A stretch of 64,000 nt of DNA from Thermoplasmatota archaeon (lineage in GTDB: Archaea; Thermoplasmatota; Thermoplasmata; UBA10834). Of this stretch, positions 46,874 to 57,039 are shown piece after piece; the stretch's first letter is position 1, and the number at the start of each line of letters is the position of its first letter. The notes beneath the pieces were generated by a model. The model did no database searches and had not been told where the DNA came from. It saw only the letters and a list, made by a program, of their open reading frames with translations. The stretch lies in the NCBI GenBank assembly GCA_040751795.1, contig JBFMHR010000004.1, positions 192,001-256,000 on the forward strand, in the 5' to 3' direction. A program made the translations under genes and the position numbers.

Positions 46874-47658
46874 TGCCACGCAAGGCGGAGTTCCCGGAGA
46901 TAGGAGACCTAGTCATCTGCAGCGTGCAGAACGTCAAGAACTTCGGGGCCTTCGTCTCGCTGGACGAGTACGAGGGCAAGGAGGGCTTCATCCACGTGCG
47001 CGACGTCGCCACGGGGTGGGTCAAGTACATCCGGGACCACGTCCGCGAGGGGCAGAAGGTCGTGTGCAAGGTCCTGGGCGTGGACCAGGAGCGCGGCCAC
47101 ATCGACCTCTCGCTGAAGCAGGTCAACGACCACCAGCGCAGGGAGAAGATCCAGGAGCACAAGAACGAGAAGAAGGCCGAGAAGCTCCTGGAGATCGTGG
47201 GCACGAAGATGGGCAAGAGCCTGGACGAGGCCTACGACGAGGTCGGCGCGAAGCTGGTCGCCGAGTTCGGGACCCTCTACGCGGCCTTCGAGGGGGCCGC
47301 CGTCGACACGTCTCAGCTCGACGAGCTGGGCATCGACAAGAAGTGGGCGTCCGCGCTCGCCTCCGTCGCGGCCGAGAACATCCAGCTCCCGTCGGTCACC
47401 ATCGACGCGACGCTGGAGGTCACCACCCCGGCGCCCGACGGCGTGGACCACATCAGGGAGGCGCTCTCCGCGGGGCTCAAGGGCAAGGACGCACAGGTGG
47501 ACATCAGCTACCTGGGGGCCCCGAGGTACAGGATCACCGTCGTCGCAGAGGACTACAAGGTCGCCGAGACGGAGCTCAAGCAGGCGGTCGACCGGGTGAC
47601 CTCGCGCATACACAAGTCGGGCGGGACCGTCTCGTTCAAGAGGAAGGAGGAGGCTTGA
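46873..47658 (+). CDS. eif2a: Translation initiation factor aIF2 alpha
   Basis: S1 domain 'FPEIGDLV..GAFVSLDEY..EGFIH', 'HIDLSLK', 'GAPRY'. Confidence 0.96.
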   Translation: MPRKAEFPEIGDLVICSVQNVKNFGAFVSLDEYEGKEGFIHVRDVATGWVKYIRDHVREGQKVVCKVLGVDQERGHIDLSLKQVNDHQRREKIQEHKNEKKAEKLLEIVGTKMGKSLDEAYDEVGAKLVAEFGTLYAAFEGAAVDTSQLDELGIDKKWASALASVAAENIQLPSVTIDATLEVTTPAPDGVDHIREALSAGLKGKDAQVDISYLGAPRYRITVVAEDYKVAETELKQAVDRVTSRIHKSGGTVSFKRKEEA

Positions 47659-47822
47659 AGACCCTCCTGATGAGGTGCGCCTCGTGCGAGGGCTACACCC
47701 TCCGCGCGGCGTGCCCCAAGTGCGGCGCGCCCACCGTCATGGCCATGCCCGCGAAGTACTCGCCCGAGGACAGGTACGGGGAGTACAGGCGGAGGCTCAA
47801 GAGGGAGATGGAGGGGGCGTAG
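47655..47822 (+). CDS. nop10: H/ACA RNP protein Nop10
   Basis: 'C..C..YTL...CPKCG...PAKYSPEDRYGEYRR'; TTG start. Confidence 0.93.
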   Translation: MKTLLMRCASCEGYTLRAACPKCGAPTVMAMPAKYSPEDRYGEYRRRLKREMEGA

Positions 47823-48581
47823 GTGGACGACATCCTCACCGTCTACAGGGAGAGGCCGGAGCTCAGGGCGCCCGTGCTCATAGAGGGGCTGCCGGGCGTG
47901 GGGAACGTCGGCAAGCTCGCGGCGGAGCACCTGGTCGACCAGCTCAAGGCCGTCAAGTTCATAGAGATGTACTCGAAGCACTTCCCCCCGCAGGTCCTGG
48001 TCAACGACTCGGGGACCATCAGGCTCGTCAGCAACGAGTTCTTCTACATCAGGAGGCCCGAGGCGGAGAACGACATAGTCGTCCTCGTCGGGGACTACCA
48101 GGGCCTCACCCCCGAGGGGCAGTACGAGCTCTCGGACCGGATACTCGGGGTCGCCAAGGAGCTGGGCGTGACCATGATCTACACGCTCGGCGGCTACGGC
48201 CTGGGCAAGATGATCGAGAAGCCGCGCGTGCTCGGGGCCGCGACGGACGAGCAGCTGGTCGAGGAGATGAAGGCCGCGGGCGTCACCTTCTCGAAGGGCG
48301 AGCCCGGGAGCGGGATCGTCGGCGCGAGCGGCCTCCTGCTCGGGCTGGGCGCGCTGCAGGGCATGAGGGCCGTGTGCCTCATGGGCGAGACATCGGGGTA
48401 CTTCGTGGACCCGAAGGCCGCGCAGGCCCTGCTCGAGGTGCTCGCGAGGAAGCTCGGCTTCAGGATAGACCTCACGGAGCTCGAGGACCGGGCCCAGCAG
48501 ATCGACGCCATCACGTCCAAGCTGAAGGAGTCGGAGCCCGCGCCGGAGCCGAGGAAGGAAGACCTGGGCTACATAGGGTGA
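47823..48581 (+). CDS. Proteasome assembly chaperone (PAC2 family)
   Basis: EGLPGVGNVGK, 'GETSG...DP', C-terminal YIG. Confidence 0.92.
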   Translation: MDDILTVYRERPELRAPVLIEGLPGVGNVGKLAAEHLVDQLKAVKFIEMYSKHFPPQVLVNDSGTIRLVSNEFFYIRRPEAENDIVVLVGDYQGLTPEGQYELSDRILGVAKELGVTMIYTLGGYGLGKMIEKPRVLGAATDEQLVEEMKAAGVTFSKGEPGSGIVGASGLLLGLGALQGMRAVCLMGETSGYFVDPKAAQALLEVLARKLGFRIDLTELEDRAQQIDAITSKLKESEPAPEPRKEDLGYIG

Positions 48582-48589
48582 CCCGTCTG

Positions 48590-48625
48590 GCTGGCGATGG
48601 CTCTCGCCAGCGATAAAGAAAAAAA
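48590..48625. terminator. Hairpin plus oligo-T (minus strand) between convergent genes
   Basis: GCTGGCGA/TCGCCAGC stem followed by an A-tract. Confidence 0.55.
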
Positions 48626-48691
48626 TAGGGGGGAGGTCATCCTGAGTAGTGAGGTGAAAGAGTAGTTAGAGTGCATCCCATCCCGTTCTGA

Positions 48692-48928
48692 CTACTTTTT
48701 CAGGTACTGATCCTCGAACTGTTTCATCTCCGCGAGCACCTGTTCGGCGTGCTCGAGCTTCTTCATCCGGTCCATGACGAGCTCCATACGGCCGTATATG
48801 AGGTCCCTGATGGCGACCCTTATCGCCTCGGACCTCGAGGGGAAGTCGTCGATCTCCACGAGGAAGTCTATGGCACGGAGGTGCCTGTCAGGTATGCGGA
48901 TGGTGATCTTCTCAGTGTCTGGCTCCAT
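48692..48928 (-). CDS. Ribbon-helix-helix regulator (CopG/CdrS-like)
   Basis: 'EKITIRIP....AIDFLVE..DFPSRSEAIRVAIRDL'. Confidence 0.88.
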   Translation of the reverse strand: MEPDTEKITIRIPDRHLRAIDFLVEIDDFPSRSEAIRVAIRDLIYGRMELVMDRMKKLEHAEQVLAEMKQFEDQYLKK

Positions 48929-49180
48929 CAACGATCGCCCCGCTCCCTGTTCTCCCTCGCGACGCCTTCTGTACCTCTTTTGCCATACGCGCGTCGGACA
49001 TTCCCGTTATAATGTTGTAAATATATAAAACCTCGGTAATCAGCGTTAAGGACGCTGATTGGCCGCGGCCGGCCGTCCGGGACCGGCCCTTGCCAGCAGC
49101 GCCGCGGCCCCGCCATCAACAATGCCTTTATATTGAGTTCATGATAAGGTGCGCCACAGCGCCGTCGTCGCTGACCGGGA

Positions 49181-49293
49181 CCCGACTTAGCTCAGACTGG
49201 CTAGAGCGGCTGACTGTAGTGTGGATATCGGCAAGACCGATTGCAGTCGCTGAGATCAGCAGGCCCCCGGTTCAAATCCGGGAGTCGGGACCA
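49181..49293 (+). tRNA. tRNA-Tyr(GTA) with a 35-nt intron at 37/38 (49220-49254), CCA encoded
   Basis: C1-G72 acceptor CCCGACT/AGTCGGG, anticodon GTA 49216-49218, stem GCTGA/TCAGC. Confidence 0.93.
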
Positions 49294-49301
49294 CCTCTTT
49301 C

Positions 49302-50033
49302 TCAGTAGACGTGCCGGAGCCCGTCGTCCTCGGACGGCTTGACCACGACCCTGTGCCTCTCGAGGAGGGCCAGCTCCTTCTCCGAGAAGGCCCTCGGGTC
49401 GACGGAGACCACGAGCCTGCACGAGCTGGTCATCGCCGCCTCGGTCCACTTGTCCATGCTCCGTATGACCTTCTGGAAGTCGTTGCTGGTGACCAGGTAC
49501 TCGACCCCGTCGACCAGGACCACCCCATTCTGGGAACGCTCCATGAAGCTCACCAGGTAGTCGGTGAGGAGGTTGATCTTCGCCGGGTCCATGTTGTCCT
49601 TCCCGGCGACGCTCGAGAGCCAGATTATCGGCGTGGTCTGGATGAAGTGCTTCGCGCGGACGGTGTTGGGGAACTGCCTCGTGACTATCAGGCCCTGCGC
49701 CCTGCTCCTGTACTTGGTGCATGCCCGGCACGGGCAGGGGAGCCTGCAGGACGCGCACTCCAGGCTCTCGCACGAGAAGCTGTCGTCGTTCTCGCAGTCG
49801 AAGCAGCGCCCCTTCAGGATGTCCGCGAACATCTTGAACGAGAAGTCGGGCTTCTCCTCCTCGACCAGGTAGACGTGCCTGTGGAGCAGCCTGAACGACG
49901 CCTTCGAGCTGGACACCATGGCCTCGGCGGCAGGGGCCGCCTTGGCGCGCCTGCCCCTGACCCACCCGAGCCTCCCGACGGCGAGGAGGGCCGCCGCAGC
50001 GCCGACCGCGATGAGCCCCGTCGTCTCCAGCAT
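49302..50033 (-). CDS. DUF835-domain protein with N-terminal TM and Cys-rich insertion
   Basis: 'YLVEEEKP..SF..F', 'GLIVTR.FP', 'IIWLS', 'VVLVDGVEYL..NDF'; start approximate. Confidence 0.8.
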   Translation of the reverse strand: MLETTGLIAVGAAAALLAVGRLGWVRGRRAKAAPAAEAMVSSSKASFRLLHRHVYLVEEEKPDFSFKMFADILKGRCFDCENDDSFSCESLECASCRLPCPCRACTKYRSRAQGLIVTRQFPNTVRAKHFIQTTPIIWLSSVAGKDNMDPAKINLLTDYLVSFMERSQNGVVLVDGVEYLVTSNDFQKVIRSMDKWTEAAMTSSCRLVVSVDPRAFSEKELALLERHRVVVKPSEDDGLRHVY

Positions 50034-50110
50034 GTGGATGTCCTCCTCTAGGCGGTGTGCCCGTGCTCCCTCCCCGCGCCTCCACGCGGGGGCCGTGTGG
50101 TCCTCCGACC

Positions 50111-50473
50111 TCACGCCGTGGTGGCGGCCCTCACGGCCTCCAGGAGGCGCTCGACCTGGAACGGCTTGGCGACGAAGTCGACCGCGCCGGCCCGCATGGC
50201 CTCCTTCCTCAGCGCCTCCTTGACGAGGGCGCTGACGACTATGATCTTGGCCTTCGGGTCGAGCTCCATGATCTTCATTATGGCGGAGAGGCCGTCCATG
50301 CCTGGCATCAGTATGTCCATGAGCACGACGTCCGGCTTGAGGGCCTTGTACTTCTCGATGGCCTCGAGGCCGTTCGCCGCCTCGCCGACGATCTCGTGGT
50401 CGTGGGACTCGAGAATGTCCCTGATCATCTCCCTGATGAAGGGCGCATCCTCCACGATGAGAACCTTAGCCAT
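50111..50473 (-). CDS. CheY-like response regulator
   Basis: IVEDA, MDILMPGMDG, VSA, KPF. Confidence 0.93.
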   Translation of the reverse strand: MAKVLIVEDAPFIREMIRDILESHDHEIVGEAANGLEAIEKYKALKPDVVLMDILMPGMDGLSAIMKIMELDPKAKIIVVSALVKEALRKEAMRAGAVDFVAKPFQVERLLEAVRAATTA

Positions 50474-50797
50474 CCTTAAGACCTGCCTCTGGGCGGACAT
50501 GCACGTGCCATGCGAGCCCGCCTCACCAGTGAAGAAGAATCCGGACATATATAAGTTGGCCACTTTGGCTATCGCGCGTGATACGCACCGAAGGAGGGGG
50601 TGCCGGCGGAGGGCGCCGCGGACGTCGTGTGCGCGCCCGCCCGTGCGCATGTCCGTGGCCCTCCGCCACGCCCCGTCACCGGAATGCCGTAGGCATTCCC
50701 GTCTGACATTTGGCTTGCGCAATCCAGCACCGGCAAACAAATAAATACGATGTACGCCCTACCGATAATCGTCCGACAGTCGTCGGACTCAGAAGGG

Positions 50798-52033
50798 ATG
50801 GGCATGGTATTCGGCATCGGGAGAAGGGATGCTCGCGACATGGAGGACGCGCAGGAGCCAGCAAGGGTTCCGTACAGGCTCGCGTCCTACGAACACGACC
50901 ACGAGGGCAAGAGGTTCAGGTCCTCCCACGTGGTCTACAGCTTCTGGAGCGCATCCAAGTACGTCCTCATCCTGTCCCTCGTGCTCTGGTGGCTCCCGAT
51001 GTTCGGCCAGATGATCGCCGGCTACGTCGGCGGGAGGCGCGCGGGCGGACCGTGGCGCGGGGTCGCCGCGTCGATCCTCCCGGTGGTCTGCCTCTACGTC
51101 GTCATAACCGGCTTCGACTCCGGTTTCTTCCCGTCGCACGTCATGGGCGTCGCGATAGCGCCCGCGGCCGTGTCGGCGGTCCTCAGCGACAGCGTGCCGT
51201 TCGTCTCCCCGTACCTCCAGTTCTCCTCGGAGTACGTGGGCTCCTTCGTCGAGGCCCTCTCGGGCGCGAGCCCGTACGGCATCAACACCTACATCCTCAC
51301 CGTCGCGTTCGCATACGTCGGAGGGATACTGGCCGAGCAGAGCAGGAGGGAGATAGAGTACAACTCCGGCGCCATGATGTCCAACACCACGGTCCTTGTG
51401 GCGGACGGCCAGGGCCAGCAGCTCCCGCAGCCGCAGCACCCGTACCCGTCCCACCACGGCCTCGCCCACATGATATCGTCCGCGCTGCCGTGGTCGAGGC
51501 ACGAGCAGGGCCAGCCGCAGGGCGCCTTCGCGTCTCACGGCCGCTCGTCCTGGTCGGGCGCCGTACCGATGAGGTACGAGGACCAGCACCACGCGTCGGC
51601 CGCGATGCTGCCCCCGTCCGGGGACGAGGCCGTCACGTTCAGCAGGGCCAGCACGAGGTCGCACCCGGCGAGGTCCGTCAAGACCAGGGTCGCGAGGGGC
51701 GACCCATGGAGGCGGGCCGACAGGAGGGTCAAGCACCACTACACCTCGGCCCAGAGGTTCTCGGACGAGCCGCGCCCGGAGCCGGAGTTCGAGAGGGGTT
51801 CCAGGCCCAGCCGCCATGCGGCCCCCAGGATCGTCCCGGGCGACGAGAGGTCCGTGAGGAGGGCGAGGAGGGCAATCGAGAGCGAGTGGGGCCACAAGAG
51901 GTACCCGACGCTCGAGGACCGCCCGTCGCGCCCGTCCAGGCACGCCGGGGCGGAGGCCGCCGAGCCGGAGGAGGCGCCCCAGGCCCACAGGCACGGGCCG
52001 AGGACCCCCGGGAACCACTGGGACAGCATCTGA
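50798..52033 (+). CDS. Hypothetical membrane protein with a long low-complexity C-terminal tail
   Basis: Hydrophobic N-terminal half ('WWLPMFGQMIAGYVGGRRAG'), R/P/S/H-rich tail. Confidence 0.75.
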   Translation: MGMVFGIGRRDARDMEDAQEPARVPYRLASYEHDHEGKRFRSSHVVYSFWSASKYVLILSLVLWWLPMFGQMIAGYVGGRRAGGPWRGVAASILPVVCLYVVITGFDSGFFPSHVMGVAIAPAAVSAVLSDSVPFVSPYLQFSSEYVGSFVEALSGASPYGINTYILTVAFAYVGGILAEQSRREIEYNSGAMMSNTTVLVADGQGQQLPQPQHPYPSHHGLAHMISSALPWSRHEQGQPQGAFASHGRSSWSGAVPMRYEDQHHASAAMLPPSGDEAVTFSRASTRSHPARSVKTRVARGDPWRRADRRVKHHYTSAQRFSDEPRPEPEFERGSRPSRHAAPRIVPGDERSVRRARRAIESEWGHKRYPTLEDRPSRPSRHAGAEAAEPEEAPQAHRHGPRTPGNHWDSI

Positions 52034-52119
52034 GCCCTTCGCCGGCCTGGTGAGACGGATATCTATTTATCCAGCCACGGCTTCGCTCGCCGTGCGCGAT
52101 GGAAGACGGAGCGGGTCCG

Positions 52120-52419
52120 ATGTTCTGCGACAAGTGCAAGTGCCTCCTCTTCCCCAAGGACGGGAAGCTCGTGTGCAACAAGTGCGGCGCCGAGCACACC
52201 CCGGGGAAGAAGTCTCAGGTGATCAAGCACAAGGGGACGGAGAAGGAGATGGCCGTGATGGGCGAGCTCTCGGGGACCCTGCCCACGACGGACGTCGAGT
52301 GCCCCAAGTGCGGGAACCGGACCGCATACTGGGTCCTGAGGCAGACGAGGGCCGCGGACGAGCCGGAGACGCGCATATTCAGGTGCACGAAGTGCTCGCA
52401 CTCCTGGCGCGAATACTGA
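52120..52419 (+). CDS. tfs: Transcription elongation factor TFS
   Basis: Two Zn ribbons, 'QTRAADEP' acidic hairpin, 'WREY'. Confidence 0.95.
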   Translation: MFCDKCKCLLFPKDGKLVCNKCGAEHTPGKKSQVIKHKGTEKEMAVMGELSGTLPTTDVECPKCGNRTAYWVLRQTRAADEPETRIFRCTKCSHSWREY

Positions 52420-52485
52420 GCTGGATGCATGCGAAAAGCTTTTTAAAACACCATAGGGTTACAGGTAGGTACGGAAGGGGGGCTA

Positions 52486-53226
52486 ATGTTCCAGGCGAAA
52501 GCCAGAGCTGAAGTCTTGAAGGAAGTAGTGAACGTAGTGTCCACGCTCGTGGACGAGGCCAAGTTCAGCGTCAACGCCGACGGCCTCTCTCTCAGGGCGG
52601 TGGACCCCGCCCACATAGCCATGGTCGACCTCTCCCTCGGCAAGGACGCCTTCGAGGAGTTCAAGGCGGACGAGGCCGAGATAGGCATCGACATCGACAA
52701 GCTCAACCAGTTCCTGAAGCTCGCGAGGTCCGACGACATCGTGGACCTCAAGCACGACGAGGACAAGCGCAGGCTGAACATCGTCGTGGGGGACATCACG
52801 AGGCGCATGAGCCTCATCGACACCACGGGCATGAGCGACCCGAAGGTCCCCAACCTGAGCCTCCCGGCAACGGTCACCGTCAAGGGAGACGACCTCACCC
52901 AGGGGATCAGGGCCAGCGAGACGGTGTCGGACCACATAGCCCTCGTCGCGAACCCGGAGGGCTTCGAGATGAGCTGCGAGGGCGACATGGACCAGGTGCA
53001 GTTCAGGAAGTCGAAGAAGGACCTGGTGGCCCTGGAGTCCCCGTCGAGCGTCAGGAGCCTCTTCCCCCTCGAGTACTTCTCCAACATGCTGAAGGCGGTC
53101 TCCTCGGGCAACACCGTGACGCTCCAGCTGGGCAACGACTACCCGGTCAAGATGGAGTTCAAGATCGCCGGAGGCAAGGGCGAGGTGCGCTACCTCCTCG
53201 CCCCGAGGATCGAGAGCGGTGACTGA
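52486..53226 (+). CDS. pcn: PCNA sliding clamp
   Basis: 'AVDPAHIAMV', 'GNDYP', 'YLLAPRIE'. Confidence 0.97.
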   Translation: MFQAKARAEVLKEVVNVVSTLVDEAKFSVNADGLSLRAVDPAHIAMVDLSLGKDAFEEFKADEAEIGIDIDKLNQFLKLARSDDIVDLKHDEDKRRLNIVVGDITRRMSLIDTTGMSDPKVPNLSLPATVTVKGDDLTQGIRASETVSDHIALVANPEGFEMSCEGDMDQVQFRKSKKDLVALESPSSVRSLFPLEYFSNMLKAVSSGNTVTLQLGNDYPVKMEFKIAGGKGEVRYLLAPRIESGD

Positions 53227-53302
53227 TGAGGCTCGCCCAGAGGTCCCTCAAGGTCGTCCCAGTGGCTTCGAAGCGATAGCGGTCATGCTCGGTTGATGTC
53301 CC

Positions 53303-53929
53303 ATGAAGCGCGCGAGGATAGGGGTCCTGGCATCGGGCGGCGGAACGAACCTCCAGTGCATCATCGACGCGTGCGAGCGCGGCGAGATCGACGGCGACGT
53401 CGCCGTGGTCATCTCCAACGTGCCCGAGGCGTTCGCCCTGGAGAGGGCGAGGAAGCACCGGATAGACGCCTACGCCTTCCCGCACAAGGGGGTGACGAGG
53501 GAGCAGCACGAGGCGGACATCATCGCCTGCCTCGACCAGCACGGCGTCGACCTGGTCGTCCTCGCCGGCTACCTCAGGATCCTGACCCCGCTCTTCATCG
53601 ACAGGTACGCTGGCAGGCTCATGAACACGCACCCGGCCCTCCTGCCCTCGTTCGGGGGCAGCGGCATGCACGGCCTGAACGTGCACAGGGCGGTCCTCGC
53701 CTACGGCTGCAAGGTCTCGGGCTGCACCATCCACTTCGTCACCCTCGACGTCGACGGCGGCCCAATAATCCTCCAGAAGGCCGTGCCCGTCCTCGAGGAC
53801 GACACCCCGGAGACCCTCCAGGAGAGGGTCCTGAAGGAGGAGCACAAGCTCCTCCCGCGGGCGGTGCAGCTGTCCGCGGCCGGGAAGCTCAGGCTCGAGG
53901 GGCGCAGGGTGCGCATATTGGAGCAGTGA
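53303..53929 (+). CDS. purN: Phosphoribosylglycinamide formyltransferase
   Basis: SGGGTNL, LAGY.RIL, NTHPALLP, GCTIH, DGGPI. Confidence 0.96.
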   Translation: MKRARIGVLASGGGTNLQCIIDACERGEIDGDVAVVISNVPEAFALERARKHRIDAYAFPHKGVTREQHEADIIACLDQHGVDLVVLAGYLRILTPLFIDRYAGRLMNTHPALLPSFGGSGMHGLNVHRAVLAYGCKVSGCTIHFVTLDVDGGPIILQKAVPVLEDDTPETLQERVLKEEHKLLPRAVQLSAAGKLRLEGRRVRILEQ

Positions 53930-54008
53930 CCTGGCACCCGAATCCTTTAAACCGGAATGACCGATATCCCGCGTGAAGGCAGGCGACGGCACCCAGGGGG
54001 AGGCGCGC

Positions 54009-54839
54009 ATGGAGATCTACGACGGCGAATTCATCAAGGAGCTCGAGTCCATCGCGAAGAGGGTCAGGAGGCACTCCATACGCATGATCTACCACGCCGG
54101 CTCGGGCCACCCGGGCGGCTCGCTCTCCGGCACCGACATCATGGTCGCCCTCTACTTCCACATCATGAGGCACGACCCGAAGAAGCCCGACTGGCCTGAC
54201 AGGGACAGGTTCGTCCTCAGCAAGGGCCACGCCGCCCCCGCGCTGTACGCGGTCCTCGCGGAGGCCGGCTACCTCCCGGTAGAGGAGCTCGACACCCTGA
54301 GGAAGATGGGCAGCCGGCTCCAGGGGCATCCGTGCATGAGCAAGACCCCGGGCGTGGAGATGTCCACCGGCTCGCTGGGGCACGGCCTCGCGGCGGGAAA
54401 CGGGATGGCACTCGCGGCCAAGCTGGACAGGAAGCTCCACCGCGTCTACGTGCTCCTGGGCGACGGCGAGATGGACGTCGGGGAGACGTGGGAGGCGGCC
54501 ATGCTCGCCTCGCACTACAAGCTCGACAACGTCACGGCATACGTCGACAGGAACAAGCTGCAGCTCGACGGGCCCACGGAGAAGATCATGTCGCTGGAAC
54601 CGCTGGCCGACAAGTGGAAGGCCTTCGGCTGGCACGTCATCGAGATCAACGGCCACAACATGAAGGAGATCATCCACGCGACCAACGAGGCCAAGAGCGT
54701 AAAGGGCAGGCCCACGGTCGTGATATGCCACACGGTGAAGGGCAAGGGCGTGAGCTTCATGGAGGGCGCCGTCCACTTCCACGGGAAGGCGCCGAGCGAC
54801 CAGGAGTTCGAGCAGGCGATGAAGGAGCTGGGCGAATGA
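54009..54839 (+). CDS. Transketolase N-terminal subunit
   Basis: [25 protein letters not shown]. Confidence 0.95.
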   Translation: MEIYDGEFIKELESIAKRVRRHSIRMIYHAGSGHPGGSLSGTDIMVALYFHIMRHDPKKPDWPDRDRFVLSKGHAAPALYAVLAEAGYLPVEELDTLRKMGSRLQGHPCMSKTPGVEMSTGSLGHGLAAGNGMALAAKLDRKLHRVYVLLGDGEMDVGETWEAAMLASHYKLDNVTAYVDRNKLQLDGPTEKIMSLEPLADKWKAFGWHVIEINGHNMKEIIHATNEAKSVKGRPTVVICHTVKGKGVSFMEGAVHFHGKAPSDQEFEQAMKELGE

Positions 54840-55789
54840 GCGCGGCCGCGTGGAAGGAGGAGAGCCAGAGGAAGCAGTACGGGAAGGCGCTCGTCGAGCT
54901 CGGCAAGGAGCGCGGGGACATCGTGGTCCTCGACGCCGACCTGTCCAGCTCCACCAGGACCTCGGACTTCATGACGCACTTCCCCGAGAGGTTCTTCAAC
55001 GTGGGCATCGCCGAGCAGAACATGATGGACACCGCCGCGGGCCTCGCCGCCTCCGGCAAGACGGTGTTCGTCTCGACCTTCGCCGTGTTCGGCACGGGCA
55101 GGTGCTACGACCAGATCAGGCAGTCGATAGCCTACCCGAAGCTCAACATCAAGATCGTCGCGTCGCACGCCGGCATCACCGTCGGCGGGGACGGCGCGTC
55201 CCACCAGATCATCGAGGACATCGCCCTGATGCGGGTCCTCCCCAACATGACCGTGATAGTCCCGGTGGACTCGCCCGAGACCTACAAGGTGGTCAAGGCG
55301 GTGGCCAAGATGAAGGGCCCCGTCTACGTCAGGATAGGGCGGTCGGACGTGCCCACGCTGACGGACGGGTCGACGCCCTTCGAGATGAACAACGCGGCGG
55401 TGATGCGCGACGGCAGGGACGTCACCCTCATCGGCTGCGGGATCATGGTCGCCAGGTGCCTGGAGGCGGCCGACGAGCTGGCCAAGCACGGTGTGGACGC
55501 CCGCGTCATCAACCTTCACACGATCAAGCCGCTGGACGAGAAGACCATCGTCAAGGCGGCGAGGGAGACCGGCGGGGTCGTCACCGCGGAGGAGCACTCC
55601 GTGATGATGGGCATGGGCAGCGCGGTCGCCATGTGCCTGGTGGAGAACTTCCACGTCCCGATGAAGAGGGTCGGCATCCCCGACACCTTCGGGGAGTCGG
55701 GCGGCTGCGACGAGCTGATGGCCAAGTACGGCCTCACGGTCGAGAACATAGTCGAGGCGGCGCACGACGTGCTGCGCAGGAAGAAGTGA
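54836..55789 (+). CDS. Transketolase C-terminal subunit
   Basis: DADL, GIAEQNM, DGASHQ, TAEEH. Confidence 0.95.
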   Translation: MSAAAWKEESQRKQYGKALVELGKERGDIVVLDADLSSSTRTSDFMTHFPERFFNVGIAEQNMMDTAAGLAASGKTVFVSTFAVFGTGRCYDQIRQSIAYPKLNIKIVASHAGITVGGDGASHQIIEDIALMRVLPNMTVIVPVDSPETYKVVKAVAKMKGPVYVRIGRSDVPTLTDGSTPFEMNNAAVMRDGRDVTLIGCGIMVARCLEAADELAKHGVDARVINLHTIKPLDEKTIVKAARETGGVVTAEEHSVMMGMGSAVAMCLVENFHVPMKRVGIPDTFGESGGCDELMAKYGLTVENIVEAAHDVLRRKK

Positions 55790-55798
55790 GGTGGAGAG

Positions 55799-56446
55799 AT
55801 GAGGATATTCATAGACACCGCGAACCTGGACCACATCAGGGAGGTCAACAGCTGGGGCATCCTGGACGGCGTCACGACGAACCCGTCGCTGATAGCCAAG
55901 GAGGGGTGCTCCTTCGAGGACCGCGTCAAGGCGATATGCGCCATCGTCGACGGCCCGATAAGCGCGGAGGCGGTCTCCATGGACGCGGAGGGGATGGTCA
56001 GGGAGGCGCGCCAGCTCTCCAAAATCCACGAGAACGTCATAGTCAAGATCCCCATGACCGCGGAGGGCCTGAAGGCGGTGAAGATACTCTCCGAGGAGGG
56101 TGTCAGGACCAACGTCACCCTCGTGTTCTCGGCCAACCAGGCGCTCCTGGCGGCCAAGGCCGGGGCCACCTACGTGTCCCCCTTCGTGGGCCGCCTGGAC
56201 GACATAAGCCACACGGGCATGGACCTCGTCAGGGACATCGTGGAGATCTTCGACATCTACGGGTACGACACGCAGGTCATAGCGGCGAGCATAAGGCACC
56301 CGGTCCACGTGACCGAGGCCGCGCTCGCCGGCGCCCACGTCGCCACCGTCCCCTACGACGTCCTGAAGAAGATGCTCAGGCACAACCTGACGGACGAGGG
56401 GATCCAGAAGTTCCTGAAGGACTGGGAGAAGGTCCCGAAGAAGTGA
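55799..56446 (+). CDS. tal: Transaldolase / fructose-6-phosphate aldolase family
   Basis: [29 protein letters not shown]. Confidence 0.92.
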   Translation: MRIFIDTANLDHIREVNSWGILDGVTTNPSLIAKEGCSFEDRVKAICAIVDGPISAEAVSMDAEGMVREARQLSKIHENVIVKIPMTAEGLKAVKILSEEGVRTNVTLVFSANQALLAAKAGATYVSPFVGRLDDISHTGMDLVRDIVEIFDIYGYDTQVIAASIRHPVHVTEAALAGAHVATVPYDVLKKMLRHNLTDEGIQKFLKDWEKVPKK

Positions 56447-56447
56447 G

Positions 56448-56969
56448 TCAGGCGATGTAGGGGTCGGACGCCGACCTGTCGAACCCCTTCACGAGCTCCA
56501 TCCTGAACTCCCCCGGGGGCCTCCACCCGTACACCGGGTAGACCAGCTTCGGTATGAACCTGGAGAGGTCCGCCGCCAGCTGGGAGACCGGGTGGTCCCT
56601 GCCGAAGGTCGTCTCGCTCACCTCGAGCGCCTTCCTGCGCGTGGCCTCCTCGTCGATTATGCCGAGGGTGTGGAGGTACTCGTGCAACAGGATGTGGAAG
56701 ACGTAAGGTTTGTAGAGCCCCGGCTCGGTCTCCTTGACCCTCTTCAGGGGCAGGGAGTTCATCACTATGATGTTGGTCGTGAGCGGGTGGAAGGCACCGA
56801 CCAGGCCGTCGGCGCCGCCGCCGAGGTTCGCCATACCCAGCATCAGGCCTCCCCTCTCCATCCCCGTGGTCCTCCTGACCGCCGTCTTGACAAGCTCGAA
56901 TATGTCTGGGAGGTCCTTCGCCCCCTCCAGCTCCGCGTCGTACGCAGGTGGGTTGTTCACGGCACACAT
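56448..56969 (-). CDS. Zincin-like HEXXH protein
   Basis: 'LLHEYLHTLG'. Confidence 0.75.
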   Translation of the reverse strand: MCAVNNPPAYDAELEGAKDLPDIFELVKTAVRRTTGMERGGLMLGMANLGGGADGLVGAFHPLTTNIIVMNSLPLKRVKETEPGLYKPYVFHILLHEYLHTLGIIDEEATRRKALEVSETTFGRDHPVSQLAADLSRFIPKLVYPVYGWRPPGEFRMELVKGFDRSASDPYIA

Positions 56970-57039
56970 GTTGTCGTTCCAGGGATTTATCGCCTCCGCC
57001 TGACAAGCCTGAAATACGTAGGACGGTCTGTCTCCGCCC

